From an uncultured Fibrobacter sp. (GTDB lineage Bacteria; Fibrobacterota; Fibrobacteria; Fibrobacterales; Fibrobacteraceae): a stretch of DNA of 64,000 nt. The stretch is taken from the NCBI GenBank assembly GCA_964587155.1, contig CAZPKF010000004.1:63752-127751 (forward strand). The letters run 5' to 3'. The notes under the pieces were generated by a model. That model was not told the DNA's origin, ran no database searches, and worked only from the letters and a program-made list of their open reading frames with translations. Within the stretch, counting starts at the first letter, position 1, and every line of letters begins with the position of its first letter. Of the stretch, positions 36,430 to 45,497 are shown one piece after another. Both the position numbers and the translations under genes were made by a program.

Positions 36430-39228
36430 ATGAAACGTTCTTTCTTACTGACCATTCTCAGCATTGCAATCGGCAGCGCATTTGCCTCAGTCAACTTTCC
36501 CTATCCACAAGAAAGAAATTATGCAAACGGCACCTATGTCAAAGGGAAATCCGACGCTTTAAAATCCCGATTCGAAGCTTTTTATGCTTCTTTTTATGAA
36601 GAAAGCGGCAATTTGGCCCGGATTAAATTCGATGATAACGCGTATACGGTCTCCGAGGGAATCGGCTATGGAATGATCATGATGGTCTATTTCAGCGACA
36701 ATAAGACCAGCTACCAATCCCAATTCGACAAACTCTGGGCGTATTACAACAATTTCACCAATTCAAACGGGCTCATGAACTGGCAAATCAATGGCTTTTC
36801 AAATGCAATTGAAAGCAATGCGGCGACAGATGCCGACTTCGACGTTGCGTTCGCCTTGGCAATGGCTTATTATCAATTCGGAGACGAAAAATACAAGACG
36901 GCTGCGAAAAGCCTCATTGCCAAAATTCGCCAACACGAAATGGAAACAAACGGGCTCCACAAACCGGGAGACGCTTGGAACACTTACCGCAATCCCAGTT
37001 ACGTCAGCCCCGCCGCTTTTGAAATTTTCAAATTATTCGATTCCAACGAATCAGAATTCTGGTCAAGAGCCCTAACGGTCAACTACACCCTTTTGAAAAA
37101 CAACCAAAACAGCCAAACGGGCCTCCCTTCGGGCTGGAGCGACGACAACGGTTCCCCGATAAATGGAAACAACGACATCACCGCCTATGACTACGACGCG
37201 CCGCGCGCTCCTTGGCGCTGGGCTTGGAGTTATCTCTGGTATGGCCACGCCGATGCCGCCACGCTCCTTTCCAAACTTTCCGCGTGGGTCAACACGAAAT
37301 CCGCCAACGAGCTCAAAGTTCCCATGAATTTGAGCACTGGCGCTCCCATCAACGGCTATTCCAATTCAACTGCAGTGGGTCCTCTCACCTGCGCATTGCT
37401 TTACAGCAGCAATTATTCTTCGAAAGCGGCTTCCAACACAAGCACACTTTTGAACTATAGCGGAGAATCCTACTTCAACTCTGCAATGCAAATTTTGAGC
37501 GGTCTCCTTTTAACGGGAAACATGCAAAATTTTTCCACAATCAAAGCGAATTCTTCGAGTTCTGCCGCACATTCTTCGAGCAGCGCGGCATCTTCGAGTT
37601 CCCAAGCCGCAGGGACAACCGATTTCATCGACGACTTTGAAGATGGAGACAGTCTCGCTTACACCGGCGGCGTTTGGTACGCTTATACAGACCAAAACGA
37701 TGCCAATGGAGTCGGCGCATCAACAATCACCAATCCGTCAAACAACGATGACGGATACAACGTTGTATTCACAACAGACAATTCTTCCCAATATATGGCA
37801 GGAATCAAAGGTGTCCGTTTAAGTCAAGGTTCTAATCCGTATGAACCCTATGTTGCACTGGGATTAAAACTGAACTCCGACGAAAGCGCTTACGACCTTT
37901 CCCATTGCACGAGCATTTCGTATAAATACAAAGGCGCAGCGCACAATTTCAAAGCAGAAGATATGAACGTGAAGGATTACGCCTATCATTATACTCTTGT
38001 TTCCAATTCTTCTGCTTGGAAAACTGTTTCCTTTTCGTGGACGGATTTAACGCAACCATCTTGGACAAAAGATGGTGTATCCATTTCCCAAAAAAGAATC
38101 AACAAATTCACATGGGAAATCAAAGGCGACTTAAAAGGCTCTCAGCCGACCTACAACTATCTTTACATTGACGATGTCCGTTGCAATGGAATGTCTATCA
38201 TTCCCGTAGAAAAATCTTCGAGTTCCATGTCAAAGCCATCTTCGAGCAGCGCGGCATCTTCGAGTTCCGTGTCAAAGCCATCTTCGAGCAGTGCGGCATC
38301 TTCAAGTTCTGCACAAACATCTTCGAGCAGCGGCAAATCTTCTGCCAGCGCAAGCTATGTCATCAGCGGTAGTCTAAATCAAACAGTTGCCAGAGGCCAC
38401 GCCATTGAAACGGTTTCCATTTCTGGCGTTTCCAGTTTCAATCGGCAAACCTGGTTTTTGAGTTCTATTGGAAATTTTGAATTCAGCCAATCTGCAAACT
38501 CGCTCACCCTTTCCGGCTCTGTTGCCGATTGGGCTCAAATACAAACCTATAAAGAATCTTTCGTCATCAATGGCGAAACGGTTGTATTCACAGTGAACGT
38601 CGTCGATGCAGGAATCTCCAGCTCGTCGGCGGAAAATTCAAGTTCCTCGGCGGAAAGTTCAAGCTCTTCGGAAGTCGGAATTTCAAGCTCGTCTGTGGAA
38701 AGTTCAAGCTCTTCGGAATCCAAAATTTCAAGTTCGTCTGTGGAAAGCTCAAGCTCTTCGGAATCCAAAATTTCAAGTTCGTCCGTGGAAAGTTCAAGCT
38801 CTTCGGAATCCAAAATTTCAAGTTCCTCAGCGGAAAGCTCAAGCTCTTCGGAAGTCGGAATTTCCAGTTCCTCGATGGAAAGTTCAAGTTCTTCGGAATC
38901 CAAAATTTCAAGTTCCTCAGCGGAAAGCTCAAGCTCTTCGGAAGTCGGAATTTCCAGTTCCTCGATGGAAAGTTCCTCTTCCGCTTCAACAGCCATAGCT
39001 TCCAATTCTACCCCGATGAATTTTTCTTTGGCCGTTTCTGGCAAATCTCTGAACATTTCCAGTGTCAATCCGATACACCTTGAAATCTTCGACATGCAGG
39101 GAAGAATCATCAAAAAGATTCCTCAAGCAGCCGGAACCATTTCCCTGTCCACCATGCAATCGGGTTCTTACATCGTCCGAATCCAATCCGGCAATTCCCA
39201 TTGGACAAAACGCATTTCGATTCGTTAA
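36430..39228 (+). CDS. Modular secreted glycoside hydrolase family 8 enzyme with CBM-like domain, Ser-rich linkers and T9SS-type C-terminal domain
   Basis: Signal peptide MKRSFLLTILSIAIGSAFA. GH8-type motifs TVSEGIGYGMIMMVY and ATDADFDVAFALAMA. Beta-sandwich CBM-like region 37620-38190. C-terminus LEIFDMQGRIIKK...SGSYIVRIQ. Confidence 0.85.
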   Translation: MKRSFLLTILSIAIGSAFASVNFPYPQERNYANGTYVKGKSDALKSRFEAFYASFYEESGNLARIKFDDNAYTVSEGIGYGMIMMVYFSDNKTSYQSQFDKLWAYYNNFTNSNGLMNWQINGFSNAIESNAATDADFDVAFALAMAYYQFGDEKYKTAAKSLIAKIRQHEMETNGLHKPGDAWNTYRNPSYVSPAAFEIFKLFDSNESEFWSRALTVNYTLLKNNQNSQTGLPSGWSDDNGSPINGNNDITAYDYDAPRAPWRWAWSYLWYGHADAATLLSKLSAWVNTKSANELKVPMNLSTGAPINGYSNSTAVGPLTCALLYSSNYSSKAASNTSTLLNYSGESYFNSAMQILSGLLLTGNMQNFSTIKANSSSSAAHSSSSAASSSSQAAGTTDFIDDFEDGDSLAYTGGVWYAYTDQNDANGVGASTITNPSNNDDGYNVVFTTDNSSQYMAGIKGVRLSQGSNPYEPYVALGLKLNSDESAYDLSHCTSISYKYKGAAHNFKAEDMNVKDYAYHYTLVSNSSAWKTVSFSWTDLTQPSWTKDGVSISQKRINKFTWEIKGDLKGSQPTYNYLYIDDVRCNGMSIIPVEKSSSSMSKPSSSSAASSSSVSKPSSSSAASSSSAQTSSSSGKSSASASYVISGSLNQTVARGHAIETVSISGVSSFNRQTWFLSSIGNFEFSQSANSLTLSGSVADWAQIQTYKESFVINGETVVFTVNVVDAGISSSSAENSSSSAESSSSSEVGISSSSVESSSSSESKISSSSVESSSSSESKISSSSVESSSSSESKISSSSAESSSSSEVGISSSSMESSSSSESKISSSSAESSSSSEVGISSSSMESSSSASTAIASNSTPMNFSLAVSGKSLNISSVNPIHLEIFDMQGRIIKKIPQAAGTISLSTMQSGSYIVRIQSGNSHWTKRISIR
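38214..38297 (+). repeat. Two tandem 42-nt units encoding SSSS(M/V)SKPSSSSAA
   Basis: Near-identical 42-nt copies read directly from the sequence. In frame within the GH8 gene. Confidence 0.85.
38613..38975 (+). repeat. Tandem 45-nt (15-aa) Ser-rich repeat array, about 8 units, with a 90-nt higher-order duplication
   Basis: Units encode ISSSS(V/A/M)ESSSSSE(SK/VG). Positions 38791-38885 and 38881-38975 differ at 1 of 95 positions. Confidence 0.9.
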
Positions 39229-39252
39229 GCTTTACTTTCGCAAAGAGAGAGA

Positions 39253-39285
39253 AAAGGGTCTTCGCTTCGGCGGAGACCTTTTTTG
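39253..39285. terminator. Bidirectional terminator between GH8 and the TIGR02147-like gene
   Basis: GGTCTTCGC ttcg GCGGAGACC (9 bp, one G-U, TTCG loop), flanked by an A-run and TTTTTT. Confidence 0.75.
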
Positions 39286-39525
39286 TGGAAAGACGCACTT
39301 TCCGTGTTGACGAAGTGAAGTGTGACAACCAAGTTTTAAGTGCTCTCCTTGATGGGGTTGCAAACGGAAAATCTTTTCTGCAGGGAGTGCAATTCACACG
39401 ATTTTGACAGCAAAGGCGGGCCGTTTTGGCGATATGTGGGCAGCGTTCCCCAAAGAAAGCTCTTTTCTTCAAGGAAATCTACTTGTGAAATAATAACGTC
39501 TTTTAAACTCCAAAAGAAAATCAGG

Positions 39526-40377
39526 TTAAAGTTTCCCGCCGATGGGAAAAAGCAACAGTTGCATTTGATAAACTTTGTCGGCGCACTTGTCTTCGTCGGC
39601 GATTTGGGCTATTTCTTTGCGAAAAGCGCTGATCCGCTCTACAATTTTTTCGTAACCTTCCTGAGAAATTCCCAAGGTAAGTCCAGAAATGTTACGCGTA
39701 TTTGGAGGATCCCTGTCAATGGATTCGGCACCAAGGGCTAAGCATCGTTGGTGAAAACCGCGCAATGCGATTCGCGAAGTCCTGTCACCCGTGGTGATGT
39801 CCTTGTTCACCAATTCATAAGAACCATCTTCTTTTTGTTGAATCAGATTGCATTTTTCAAGAAGTTCTACGGATTCTTTCGCCTCTTCGGCAGAAATTTT
39901 GGGATGGACGGATTTCGCCAATTTTTCAAAATCTCCATGAAATCCATACATACCGATGAGCGAACGAATGACGAGATGCCGCCAATGGGAATAGACTTGG
40001 AATTGGTAAAAAGCCAATTGGTGTTGTCCTTCTGCAAAGCGGACGATTTTCAATTCGTTTTGCATTTTTTCAAACCAACGGTTCTTCTCTTCCATCGTTT
40101 CGGATTGATTGAACCAAACCAGATCTTCAAAAAATGCGGATTCCCGTTTGCCGAATTTCAGCCCCGTTGCAATCTTTTGAATGCTCTGCGCCGAGAGGTT
40201 TTTATTTCCCTGCATCACTCGACTAATGAAATCCTTCGCCTTGAATCCGATTTTGTCAGAAAACGCGCGGAGAGAAAAAGCGGGATTCTTCGCTTTTTTG
40301 GACTGATAATAGTCGCGCAAAAATTCTCTGTAGTCCAGATATTCAAAAATTTTGCGATGTTCCGTTTTCTCTGCCAT
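39526..40377 (-). CDS. TIGR02147/DUF4423-like protein (putative HTH regulator)
   Basis: N-terminus IFEYLDYREFLRDYYQSKKAKNPAFSLRAFSDKIGFKAKDFISRVMQGNKNLS matches my recollection of the TIGR02147 family, which has many paralogs in Fibrobacter. Confidence 0.65.
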   Translation of the reverse strand: MAEKTEHRKIFEYLDYREFLRDYYQSKKAKNPAFSLRAFSDKIGFKAKDFISRVMQGNKNLSAQSIQKIATGLKFGKRESAFFEDLVWFNQSETMEEKNRWFEKMQNELKIVRFAEGQHQLAFYQFQVYSHWRHLVIRSLIGMYGFHGDFEKLAKSVHPKISAEEAKESVELLEKCNLIQQKEDGSYELVNKDITTGDRTSRIALRGFHQRCLALGAESIDRDPPNTRNISGLTLGISQEGYEKIVERISAFRKEIAQIADEDKCADKVYQMQLLLFPIGGKL

Positions 40378-40425
40378 ATTAAGAATGTAGATAAAACAAA
40401 GGATAAAGAAAATTTTTCGAGCATT

Positions 40426-40451
40426 TTTGCGTTGTCCAGGAACAACGCAAA
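40426..40451. promoter_or_regulatory. Perfect inverted repeat TTTGCGTTGT-N6-ACAACGCAAA (candidate operator or RNA hairpin)
   Basis: 10-bp arms at 40426-40435 and 40442-40451, with no adjacent U-run on either strand. Lies in the 80-nt gap between the operon end (40458) and the TIGR02147-like start (40377). Confidence 0.4.
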
Positions 40452-40457
40452 CAAAAG

Positions 40458-41981
40458 TCAGAACGACAGAACAATTCCCGTGGCGAAAAGCCCCCCCGCC
40501 AAAACCAGAAATCCGATTCCAGAATAGCGTTCGACTTGGGAACGATCTGCATATTTGTGGTTTTCCTTGACCAAACGATTAAATCCTGCGCCATTTCCAG
40601 AGCTTGGCATGGAAAGTTCATCTTTTAAATCCCGCGCCTTATCACGATCCCTTTCAGAAAGGTATAAAAGGATCCCTCCGGCGATAGCAGGTGCAATTGC
40701 CGTTCCCAACGCCACATGTCCCCAAAAAAGACGCTTTTGAATGGAATGAAAAACACTTTGCGCTTGACGCTCTTCGGGTGTTCGGATGGAATCCAGTTGA
40801 ATTTCAATGACCGTTTTTTCAGTCGCATAGGTTTGAAATTGAATGGTAGAATCCCGGAAACCATCTTTCCAAAGGTGTAACTCCATCATACCGGGTTCTA
40901 CAGGGTGCAGCTTTTGAGGCGTTTTCCCAATGGGACGGCTGTGGGGCGTAATTTCTGCTTCATCGAATATTCTGGCTCCTGCCGGGATTGTGCGAATTTC
41001 TACTTCCGGACGAACCCGTTTGAGTCTTAAATGGATTTTAGCCGTATCTCCGGGAATCGGCCTGATGGTCGCTTTGTTTGCCCAAAGCGTTTTTTCGACA
41101 CTCCAGAAGGCTTCAAATTCCAACTTTCCCGTATCGGCAACGGCGAATGTACAAGGCGTTTGACAAATGGCATGCTCTCCTTTCCGCGAAAGGATTGCCC
41201 CTTCGGGATCGGTTTCTACATGGATGACGCTTTTTGTCGATTTGGATTCCGGTTCTTTGTATGTGCCCTGCAATTTTTGAATCCAAATCAAGAAACGGTT
41301 GTTTGCCAGCAATTCGCTAGTTGCGTTTTTGGCGGAAACGCGCACCAGTTCCGTTTGAATTTTTTGTTGGGCAAGCAAGTAGCAATTCAAAAAAATATCC
41401 AAACTATCTTGATGAGATGCGGGCCGGATTTCGCTTGTCCAAAGGGATTTCGCACCTAAATTTTTCGCTTCTTGCACAATGCAGGGAGAATCTTTGCATT
41501 GGGGAAAATCTTCTGTGGAAATTTGTTCGGGACGTTCTCCGGATTCTTTCAAAATCGGATAAATCCAATCGCGGATACGCTCGGCTAAAGCAGAATCGAT
41601 TGGACGGCGCATCACGGGAAACAGCAACGATTTTCCCGATAGATTGGGTACTCGCGAAGGAGTAACGGAATCCTCAAAAGAAGAATCGGGCAAAGAGAGT
41701 TTCTCTCTTTGGGCATTCAACATGGAATCCGCCGCAGAAAAGGAGATAGTGTTCCCAGCGGAATCTCTCCATTCCGAAACGCGGTCTTTAATGATTTTCA
41801 CTACAGTGAACGTGTCGGCGATGAAACCGCCAAAGAAAAGCGTATCGTCCGAGTTCCCCAAATATTCCGCCTTTTGAACGGCTCCAGTGACCAGTTGAAT
41901 CGAAACGGGAACGCCCTTTTGGGAATCATAAGCCCAAACAAATGCGGTGCAAAAAATGAAAAAGGCAAACAGTTTTTTCAT
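40458..41981 (-). CDS. Secreted or membrane protein with two PEGA-like domains and two C-terminal TM helices (operon gene 5)
   Basis: Signal MKKLFAFFIFCTAFVWA. PEGA-like segments IHVETDPEGAILSRKGE...TPCTF and EIRTIPAGARIF...LHLWKDGFRDSTIQF. TM helices HVALGTAIAPAIAGGILLYL and GIGFLVLAGGLFATGIVLSF. Confidence 0.65.
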   Translation of the reverse strand: MKKLFAFFIFCTAFVWAYDSQKGVPVSIQLVTGAVQKAEYLGNSDDTLFFGGFIADTFTVVKIIKDRVSEWRDSAGNTISFSAADSMLNAQREKLSLPDSSFEDSVTPSRVPNLSGKSLLFPVMRRPIDSALAERIRDWIYPILKESGERPEQISTEDFPQCKDSPCIVQEAKNLGAKSLWTSEIRPASHQDSLDIFLNCYLLAQQKIQTELVRVSAKNATSELLANNRFLIWIQKLQGTYKEPESKSTKSVIHVETDPEGAILSRKGEHAICQTPCTFAVADTGKLEFEAFWSVEKTLWANKATIRPIPGDTAKIHLRLKRVRPEVEIRTIPAGARIFDEAEITPHSRPIGKTPQKLHPVEPGMMELHLWKDGFRDSTIQFQTYATEKTVIEIQLDSIRTPEERQAQSVFHSIQKRLFWGHVALGTAIAPAIAGGILLYLSERDRDKARDLKDELSMPSSGNGAGFNRLVKENHKYADRSQVERYSGIGFLVLAGGLFATGIVLSF

Positions 41982-41992
41982 GTTCAGATTCC

Positions 41993-42613
41993 CTAAAAAG
42001 TAAAAATAGCGGCAAAGGTCCAAAGGAGTGCGCCAATGCCCAACGAAACGATGGCTGCGGTGCGGAAATTTTTCCCACTTTCCTTTTTGTCGTGAAAATC
42101 ATTTTCCCATTTTTGAAAGTGATCACCATTCTGAATCACGCTGTGCTCCAAGCTTTCCTTTGCCTCATCCGCCTTGTGAAAATTCCATTCGGCAAGGCCC
42201 GCAAATGTCCCAGACAACGCAAAAGGGAGTATTCCTGAAAAGAAGAGGATTTTTCCTGTCCACTTTTTTTCGCGTTCCTGCAAAATGGACTTTTGCCATT
42301 CCATTTTGTCTAAATCAGATTCTTCTGAAAGTTCAATCCAAACAAAGTTTTTACCGGGTGCGGAAAGTTGAATGTCGATTGTCGTGTCGGCAAAACCAGG
42401 TTTGAAAAAGGTGGCGCGAATCAAAGAATCCGAGTCCGAAACGGGAATTTCTTGCGGTGTTGTGCGATTGGATTTTTGCACAAAAGATTCCGGTCTTTCG
42501 CCGATGTAAACTTCCGCATCGGACGGCCAGGTAGAAATGCGCAAAGTCTTTGTCGCAGGCGCTTCTGCAAAGAGGAGTGAACAGACGCTGAAAATCCAGA
42601 GAAAAAACTTCAT
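41993..42613 (-). CDS. PEGA-domain protein with two TM helices (operon gene 4)
   Basis: Signal MKFFLWIFSVCSLLFA. PEGA-like LRISTWPSDAEVYIG...FFKPGFADTTIDIQL. Two hydrophobic helices. Confidence 0.65.
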   Translation of the reverse strand: MKFFLWIFSVCSLLFAEAPATKTLRISTWPSDAEVYIGERPESFVQKSNRTTPQEIPVSDSDSLIRATFFKPGFADTTIDIQLSAPGKNFVWIELSEESDLDKMEWQKSILQEREKKWTGKILFFSGILPFALSGTFAGLAEWNFHKADEAKESLEHSVIQNGDHFQKWENDFHDKKESGKNFRTAAIVSLGIGALLWTFAAIFTF

Positions 42614-43959
42614 CGTTCCTCCGGATTGAATGGTCCCAGAACATCGAGGCTGTCCCCGTCAGATAAGATAGTCCATTGGACAGGGACCGCAGCATTTCCG
42701 GCGAAATCCCGTAAGAAAACAGAGACACTACAAACAAAAGAGCAGGTCGGCAAAAAGCTTAAAACGTCTCCATTAAGCGCATATTCCAGCGTATCTCTAT
42801 CTTGAAGTACTAAAATGGATTGTTCAGAAACGCCTGAACCTCCGTCGTAAAGGAAAAACCGGACAGAATCCGAAAGGGCCGTTTTAGCAGAAGCAGCAAC
42901 CCGATTAGGAGAAATCGAATCGTTCAAAAGCAGCGTGTCTAAAATGGAAAAAGAAGAGGCGCGCAAAGCAATCTCTTGTGAAAGGGAACCGTATTCAACA
43001 AGCCGTTTTTCCTGAACCCTGATGCGGAATGTTCCTGCTTTCAAATTTGAAAAACGGATCGTTGTCGGATTCTGATGAAAAAACGTTGAATCCAAAGTGT
43101 CTCCAGCTGCGTTCAACAAAAAGACAACGCCATCCGGACGCGTTCCTGAGGGTAAAAATTTATACCGAATGGGAACGAGGAGCGTAGAATTGTCTGTTCC
43201 CATCAATGCGGTTGAAATGGTTCGGACAACAGAAGAATCCCTGTCGAAAGGCATTTCAGAATCGGGAATCACCGCTTTGACTGCCCAATAGAGAGAATAC
43301 GAAGTATCCGAAAAGAAAGAAGTATCATTTCGAGACAAGGGGCCGCGAAGAGAAAAGGTTCCATTGCACGGAATTTCGGCAAAAGGCGAATCCCAGACCG
43401 AAGATTTTTCCATAGAAATAAAAAGGCTGCAAAGAGAGCTTTGCCACGAATTGACGCCGAAGGTTTCAACGCGGAAGAGAACTCCCGCCGAATCAAACGG
43501 ATCAATGGAATTGTCTTTGTCTTCAGGAAAAACGGCTTCAATGGAAAGAGGCGTTGTAACGTAAAGACTGAGCGTATCGTGGAGGGTATCCCCGAAAAAA
43601 TCGACCGTATGCAAAACAGCATCAAAGATCCCTGAATCAGGAAAATGTTGCGTGACCGATGAAGAGACAAAGTGTTTTCCCTGGATTTCCCAGCTGAAAT
43701 TCAATACAAATTCCGACATGCGGTCATCGGGAACTGTTTCTCCGCCAACGCGAATTTCTGCAGAAAATGTACCGGATTCTCCTTGGGCTACCGCTTTATT
43801 GCGGACACTTGCAAACTGAAGCGGTGAAGAGCCGAATTGACTTTCGGGAACAAAATGGATGAACGCATTTAACCGGGGAACATCTCCAGAATCAAATCGG
43901 GAGTCGTTTCCGCATCCGATGAGCCACAGCAAAGTCAAAAGGAATAAGCCGAACTTCAT
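42610..43959 (-). CDS. Hypothetical lipoprotein with Ig/PKD-like repeats (operon gene 3)
   Basis: Lipobox LWLIGC. PKD-like segment FSWEIQGKHFVSSSVTQHFPDSGIFDAVL. 4-nt overlaps at both ends. Confidence 0.6.
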   Translation of the reverse strand: MKFGLFLLTLLWLIGCGNDSRFDSGDVPRLNAFIHFVPESQFGSSPLQFASVRNKAVAQGESGTFSAEIRVGGETVPDDRMSEFVLNFSWEIQGKHFVSSSVTQHFPDSGIFDAVLHTVDFFGDTLHDTLSLYVTTPLSIEAVFPEDKDNSIDPFDSAGVLFRVETFGVNSWQSSLCSLFISMEKSSVWDSPFAEIPCNGTFSLRGPLSRNDTSFFSDTSYSLYWAVKAVIPDSEMPFDRDSSVVRTISTALMGTDNSTLLVPIRYKFLPSGTRPDGVVFLLNAAGDTLDSTFFHQNPTTIRFSNLKAGTFRIRVQEKRLVEYGSLSQEIALRASSFSILDTLLLNDSISPNRVAASAKTALSDSVRFFLYDGGSGVSEQSILVLQDRDTLEYALNGDVLSFLPTCSFVCSVSVFLRDFAGNAAVPVQWTILSDGDSLDVLGPFNPEER

Positions 43960-45497
43960 CCGGAAACTCCCAGAACGAATAAGAAAAACGCCGCTTCATA
44001 TTCCGCACCGCTTTCATAGAGAATGCGGACGCGAATCCAATTCGAATATCGGCGGAAAAGCGTTCCCGAAAACGTTCTTTGTACAGAATCCTCGCCAAGA
44101 GAAATGGCTTCGCCCTCCCAATGGCCGTCGTCATCGATATCCCAGAAAAAACGTTTTGGGGTCAAATTGGGGCAAATGTTTTTAATGGGAATTTGAATGG
44201 AAGAATCGACACGAATTTGAGCCTCCGAAAGAGTTTCAACGCAAGATTTTCCCGGAGAAACAAAAATGCTTTCGTCAAATCGGTTCCCCGCCCTATCAAC
44301 AACAGAAATGGTCAGCGGATGCCAAAGAAATGATTTTTGGGAGCTGTTCAAGAAAAGTCGTATCGTATCGCTTGAAAGTTCCAGGTCACGCCATTCCCGT
44401 CCATCGAAAACGGCGTGGATATTGGATTTGTGAATGGGTTTTCCCCCTTCTTCCAAAAAGAAGAGTAGCGTATCTTGCCACGGAATGGAATCTGTCCGGC
44501 AGAGTGTGCACGAAATTTTCGGAGGTACGGTATCTAAAACAAAAACCGCGCCAAGATCTAAAATATTCCCCGCTTGAATGGAAAAAGGAATCGTGTCACT
44601 TGTGTAATCGGGGAATTCCGTGTTGGTAATGAAAAGTTTGTAATCCGCATTGGGGAGGTTTCCCACGAAAAGATTCAAACTGTCCATGTCAACGAAAACG
44701 GAAGGCGCTTTGACATTTTCTCCATCGGAATTCAACAGGGTAATTTTCAAGGAGTCGAAAATTTCTGGAAAGGGAATTTGAATTTTTGCAAACACAGCGC
44801 CCGTCGCCGATTCCGACTTTTCAGATCTTGTCAAAAAAGAAGCTCGAATAGTTTGCTGGGATGTATTTCCAAAATCGTCCTTGGCAAAAACGCTCCAGGA
44901 ACAATTGCGGAGTGGGGGAAGTTTTTTGTCGAAGGTAAACTGCGGCGAGGACAGAATGGTGTCGATCAAGAGAAGTGAGCCGCATTTCAAGGAGAATGAA
45001 AATTGTGTTTCGGCAAGAAGATTTTGGACGGAAGCTTTCCAGGCAAATGAAATCGGAGAATTTGGATCGATTCCACTTGTACCATCGCGAGGAATGAGAG
45101 CCTTCGTGTCCAAGACGGGTTCTGGAGCAATCCAAAGGGTGACACTGTCTTGAAGAGTGTCTGCAAAGCGGTCCAGCAACGTGAACCGGATCACATGTTT
45201 TCCCGGTTCTGTAATTTGCGTCCGATGCGAAAATTCCGAATGCGTTTTTCCCGAATCGATTTGCCAATAAAATTCCAAAATGCGAATGGAGCGAGATGGT
45301 TCTATCGCTGAAATAAAAACGACACTGTCTGTCGGAAGCAGGGTGTCTGCCTTAAGACGTGTTTTTGCAGAGTCTCCGATTCGCATCATGTATGCTTCGA
45401 CAGTAACTGTTTCGGCATCGTCCCTGTCAAAAGAAACGCTTTCCCCAGAGCAAGCGAAGAGAATCAAACAGCAAAAAGACAGGATGATTTTTTTCAT
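43956..45497 (-). CDS. Hypothetical lipoprotein with multiple Ig/PKD-like repeats (operon gene 2)
   Basis: Lipobox LILFAC. Segments EFYWQIDSGKTHSEFSHRTQITEPGKHVIRF and RFFWDIDDDGHWEGE resemble PKD-type domains. Confidence 0.6.
   Translation of the reverse strand: MKKIILSFCCLILFACSGESVSFDRDDAETVTVEAYMMRIGDSAKTRLKADTLLPTDSVVFISAIEPSRSIRILEFYWQIDSGKTHSEFSHRTQITEPGKHVIRFTLLDRFADTLQDSVTLWIAPEPVLDTKALIPRDGTSGIDPNSPISFAWKASVQNLLAETQFSFSLKCGSLLLIDTILSSPQFTFDKKLPPLRNCSWSVFAKDDFGNTSQQTIRASFLTRSEKSESATGAVFAKIQIPFPEIFDSLKITLLNSDGENVKAPSVFVDMDSLNLFVGNLPNADYKLFITNTEFPDYTSDTIPFSIQAGNILDLGAVFVLDTVPPKISCTLCRTDSIPWQDTLLFFLEEGGKPIHKSNIHAVFDGREWRDLELSSDTIRLFLNSSQKSFLWHPLTISVVDRAGNRFDESIFVSPGKSCVETLSEAQIRVDSSIQIPIKNICPNLTPKRFFWDIDDDGHWEGEAISLGEDSVQRTFSGTLFRRYSNWIRVRILYESGAEYEAAFFLFVLGVSG

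Noticed and set aside
38214-38975. Regularly spaced direct repeats that could superficially resemble a CRISPR array.
   Set aside because: The units are contiguous with no unique spacers, they are in frame and encode Ser-rich linkers, and no cas genes are present.
38547-39113. Minus-strand ORFs with EELELS or KFWIPK periodicity, and plus-frame alternatives, across 38588-38998.
   Set aside because: These are alternative readings of the Ser-rich 45-nt tandem repeat inside the GH8 gene. The GH8 frame is continuous from catalytic domain to C-terminal tail.
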